DNA of 64,000 nucleotides from Amphiscolops sp. MND2022 (Eukaryota): NCBI GenBank assembly GCA_964187785.1, contig OZ076409.1, positions 88,476,001 to 88,540,000 of the forward strand, read 5' to 3'. Shown piece by piece: positions 60,682 to 64,000 of this stretch (position 1 is its first letter; each line of letters starts with the position of its first letter). The notes under the pieces were generated by a model. It saw only the letters and a program-made list of their open reading frames with translations, ran no database searches and was not told where the DNA came from. The position numbers and the translations under genes were made by a program.

Positions 60682-61629
60682 TTACAATCGCCTGATGGCT
60701 GAGTCCATAGCTCGGGCTAAGTTGACGCCTAGACGTGGGTCTCCCTGGACTCTGACAAGACAGTCTTCGACTCCAATGGTTCTCAGCATCAGTCGGACCA
60801 TTGGTGGTCCATTGACACCAACTCCTGCTGGTGCTGGTCGAATCACGATTTTGAGCGATCCTTTCTGTCCTCTGGCTTCACGTGGAATCGTCCGAGGATT
60901 GTTGAGAGGCGGGTAACCCAACTCTATTTGACGCCAGTTGAGGCTGGCTCTCGATTTGGCCGCTCTCTCTGCAGCCCTGTCCTGCTTTCTGATTGCTTCC
61001 GCATAGCCATAAAAGCCGTCGCCGTCTCCTGCCATAGCAATGGCTTGATAGCGAACTCGTGGGTTCAGTTGGTGGCTTTTCTTTTTGCTGTAAAGTGGCC
61101 GTACTTTAAGCGTTTCCTCAGTTATCTCCTGAAACATATGGTGTCATAATGCAAAAACCGGTGAGCATATGTATAGTTTGAGTGCGATCAGTTTTAGACT
61201 TTAAAAGTTTTCATAGAGCATTAAGATTGTGAGTCAAAGTAAAAAGATTCCCACTAACTCTTATGTCGTCGTTATCATCATCATCGCTGATTATTTCTGC
61301 GACGTCGTCGCCCATTGAGTTGTTGTCGGCATCCTGAAATAACATGTGGAACTTTAGGTTTTGGTTCTATCAATCTATTTTTATGAGAGATAGGTAATTG
61401 GAAATTTAAAAAACAGATCGAGTTAGCCATTAGGATATCAGTGAAAAAAACTTACTTCATTGTCGGAAATTTGAATGACTTCTTCATTTTGTGTGTCTGG
61501 TTGTCTGGGTGAAGACGGGGGTGATATATCCATGGGTTCAGAGTCCTCCATGTCACTGCTGATGTCCCCGTACCAGCTCTCCACATCGTAACCAGTATAT
61601 TCGTCTTCAGAGTTGTTCGGGCTAGACAT
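60682..61629 (-). CDS. Three-exon gene: acidic SIM-like N-terminus fused to a ribosomal protein uS5 (RPS2)-like domain, ~231 aa; exons 61629-61456, 61333-61259, 61128-60682
   Basis: Exon 3 reads EETLKVRP...RYQAIAMAGDGDG..G...IELGY...PRTIP...GQKGSLKIVIRPAPAGVG...LRTIGVEDC...NLARAMDSAI, the uS5 pattern. Introns GTAAGT...TTTCAG (122 nt) and GTTAGT...TTTCAG (130 nt) are both phase 0. Confidence 0.82.
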
Positions 61630-62067
61630 TTTTTTTGAAGAACTGCAATATTGGACTCGATTTCAAGATTTTGAAAAAAAAAGATGCTAAGAAATGATCT
61701 GAACTGTTTCGATTTTTCTGGTACAATGATTTTGTTTTCGTTGGATTTTCCTTTACAATTTTCATATGAGAATTATCGGTCCTTGAGACATTTTTTCTCA
61801 GTTTCTCATGAACACAAATCGTCAGTTTTGTTTACCAGCATTGAAAGGGGTTGTACCTCCTTTTTATGATATGAAATTTAAATACTTAGCCTGCTTTGAT
61901 GAAACTGTTTATCTCAGTTGAAGCGTCCATTTTTCTCGGCTGAAGAACTACTATTTTTGTTGGTTTTCTTTGTTAGGTATTTCTTCAGTTTCAGCAAGAG
62001 TTCAGTTCACCTGACTGCCTTTGCTTACATTAGAAACTCGCGGTCGATGCTGATATCGCCTTTAGTA

Positions 62068-62312
62068 CGTAAAATAGGTCACCACTTTCTCTGCTCAGAC
62101 ACTATGTAAACAAAAGGATTTTGAAGTGCTTTCTTTTGTTTGCTAAAGTAGCGTGAAATTTCATCACCCTGCGAAAGGCATAAACTTTATCTCAGGGTCG
62201 TAAAATTTCCGGGAGTCAATCCCCCGTCGAAAGAGTGGAGGAGTCACCGACCCGATGAAAGAGTGGAGGAGTCACTTGACCCTCTAATTACCTAACAATT
62301 TTATATACTACT
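62068..62312 (-). repeat. Right TIR
   Basis: cgtaaaataggtcaccactttctctgctcag...gagtcacttgaccctctaattacctaacaattttatatactact. Confidence 0.95.
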
Positions 62313-62800
62313 GCTAAGGACAGACTTTTCGACCAGGACAAACAATAAAGAAATACTCCCATGATACAGTGGACAACTGGAGATTAAAATGAAATATAGA
62401 TTTCTAGGGGCTGTTAAACAGAACGCTATCACAGAAACGACAAGAACGGCCATGAAAAGCGACCGAGTACACTAATTCACTACCAATATATAGGCTATAT
62501 GCCCTTATTCGTCTACACATTATCACAGAGAGAAACGTGTAACACAGCAGAGAAATTGGAGATTCAACAGATGTATTAAAACTCATTTTGGAAGAAGAGA
62601 ACTGTGTATTCGGGAACAAAACGGCAGCCGAACTACTAGTTTCCAAGTTCCTGTCCCTACTTGGAAAAGCACCCGTTGATTTCGAGCTAAACGAAGAAAG
62701 TCAAAAGACGTGATATGGCGGTACAAACCATAACGGACGCCAATCAGCAGAACATTTTCGTAAAGCTAAAGAATTTCCCAGGGACGGAAGAAAAGAAACG
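62313..62800 (+). pseudogene. Gypsy gag remnant, 3' part (right of the Polinton)
   Basis: Fragments ...RLHIITERNV*HSR and ENCVFGNKTAAELLVSKF match KTFLPTRNVFHSR and RKCEFNTITPEDIITYEF of the gag at 15203-16269. Confidence 0.65.
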
Positions 62801-64000
62801 GATCCGATACCTCAAAAAAATGAAAACCAGAAAAAAAGCCGATAAATCAGCAAAATTTAGAGCAACGACTGCAACCATTAGATGCGGACCGCAAAGTGGA
62901 CAAGACAACACGGATAGCTAACAAAAAAGTAAAAATCACCAAAACTCATCCGGTAGAAGAGTATACCACATCAAAGAAGAAGAAACAAGCAACGCAGGAG
63001 AAGATCACCAGACACTATCCATTCAAGGAGACAAAGGTTCCATCAATGATCTACTCAGTGAAAAACAATGGACCAGAGTTGTACATTTGACTAACAGACT
63101 ATGAAAAGAGTCTTCAGAAACAACGTCCTGTTTTTTAATGATTCAAGGTGACCCATTCATGCCATGAGTGAAATCTGATGAATTGAAGAATGTAACAAAT
63201 TGTACTTTATTCCTTTATTGCCTGGAAAACCAGAGTGATCCGCCGATACTTTTGTTATTTTCTTTATTAATAACAGGATCAATTCCAATAAACGAAGTAC
63301 ATCAAGGAATTGAAAGTACTGCACCAAAACACAGAGGACTGGCTGAGAAACCACAACTAGTACAGTAACATTTCAGATAAAAAGGGCAAGCAGTATTCGG
63401 GTCAAAAGAATCAATTTTGGATTGCAAAAGGCATTCAGCCTAATAATGAAGGTAGGTAGGGGTGCCAAGTTGAACCACTTTCAACTTTAACAACACGTTT
63501 GCAGCACGTTAAGCACGGACACAAAAGCTCTGTTCTGACCATAATTTGAGTTTTTTCTGGTAATCACTCAGTAGAGGTTCCGATGAGAATTCAATGTCAC
63601 AATCGCATTAGCTATTTACTGTCTTCCAGAGCAGCAGTGAATTACCTGGGAAGATACAGGCAGCAAATTCAGTGACTTCAATGATGAAACGTAATTGTTT
63701 TAAAAGAAAGGCTTCTTCCCAGAATCCACCGTAAACACAAGCGCTGGAACCATTCAAGTTTTTTAAAAACCCCCAATGCTAGGGTGCCAGGTACATGAGG
63801 CATACAGAATTATCAGAACAATTGAAGTGCGGTATGACTTTAGCTTTCAATTACCATATAGTGCAAATGACAAGTTGCGCCTGAAAGAATTCAATAGTTT
63901 TGTGCAATTGGTATTTTGGTAGTCAATATGTTGTTCCAGGTATGATTAGCACTGATATAAATGACCAAATTCTTTATTCAGAGACAACCTTGAGCTCAGT

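Larger units (their letters stand above)
44051..62312. mobile_element. Complete Polinton/Maverick (adintovirus-like endogenous virus), 18,262 bp
   Basis: AGTAGT...ACTACT termini, long TIRs, 6-bp TSD GCTAAG (44045-44050 and 62313-62318), and ATPase, INT, minor/major capsid, protease and pPolB genes. Confidence 0.98.

Noticed and set aside
60682..61137. Host RPS2 gene or bacterial rpsE contamination
   Set aside because: It lies inside the TIR-bounded element, is far more diverged than a functional RPS2, has no neighbouring ribosomal operon, and is joined to upstream exons by GT-AG introns.

Overview
AT-rich, intron-containing eukaryotic (animal-type) genomic DNA. The species cannot be determined from the sequence. 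1-43.8 kb holds four host genes on the + strand: the 3' part of a Thr/Ser mucin whose cystine knot is followed by an extra domain, a small ciliary-MIP-like gene, a calpain lacking its catalytic Cys and Asn, and a type II C-type lectin whose last exon is triplicated. These lie among a decayed full-length Ty3/Gypsy LTR element (14982-20865), an internally deleted hAT, a MITE, a minisatellite and many Helentron-associated (HINE/DINE-like) repeats. The main object is a complete 18,262-bp Polinton/Maverick (adintovirus-like endogenous virus) at 44051-62312, with AGTAGT...ACTACT termini, ~230-245-bp TIRs and a GCTAAG 6-bp TSD, inserted into a Gypsy gag remnant. It has the full core: ATPase, integrase, minor and major capsid, core protein, adenain protease, and a pPolB with a spliceosomal intron and one frameshift. 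It also carries unusual accessory cargo. Next to the left TIR is a secreted EGF-family growth factor. Near the right TIR is a three-exon gene fusing an acidic region with SUMO-interacting-motif (SIM)-like sequences to a ribosomal protein uS5 (RPS2) domain. Also present are a Maelstrom-like DEDD-fold protein, PC4-like proteins, a CPPAPKK-motif protein and a 12 x 108-bp array. All homology calls come from visual motif recognition, not database searches.
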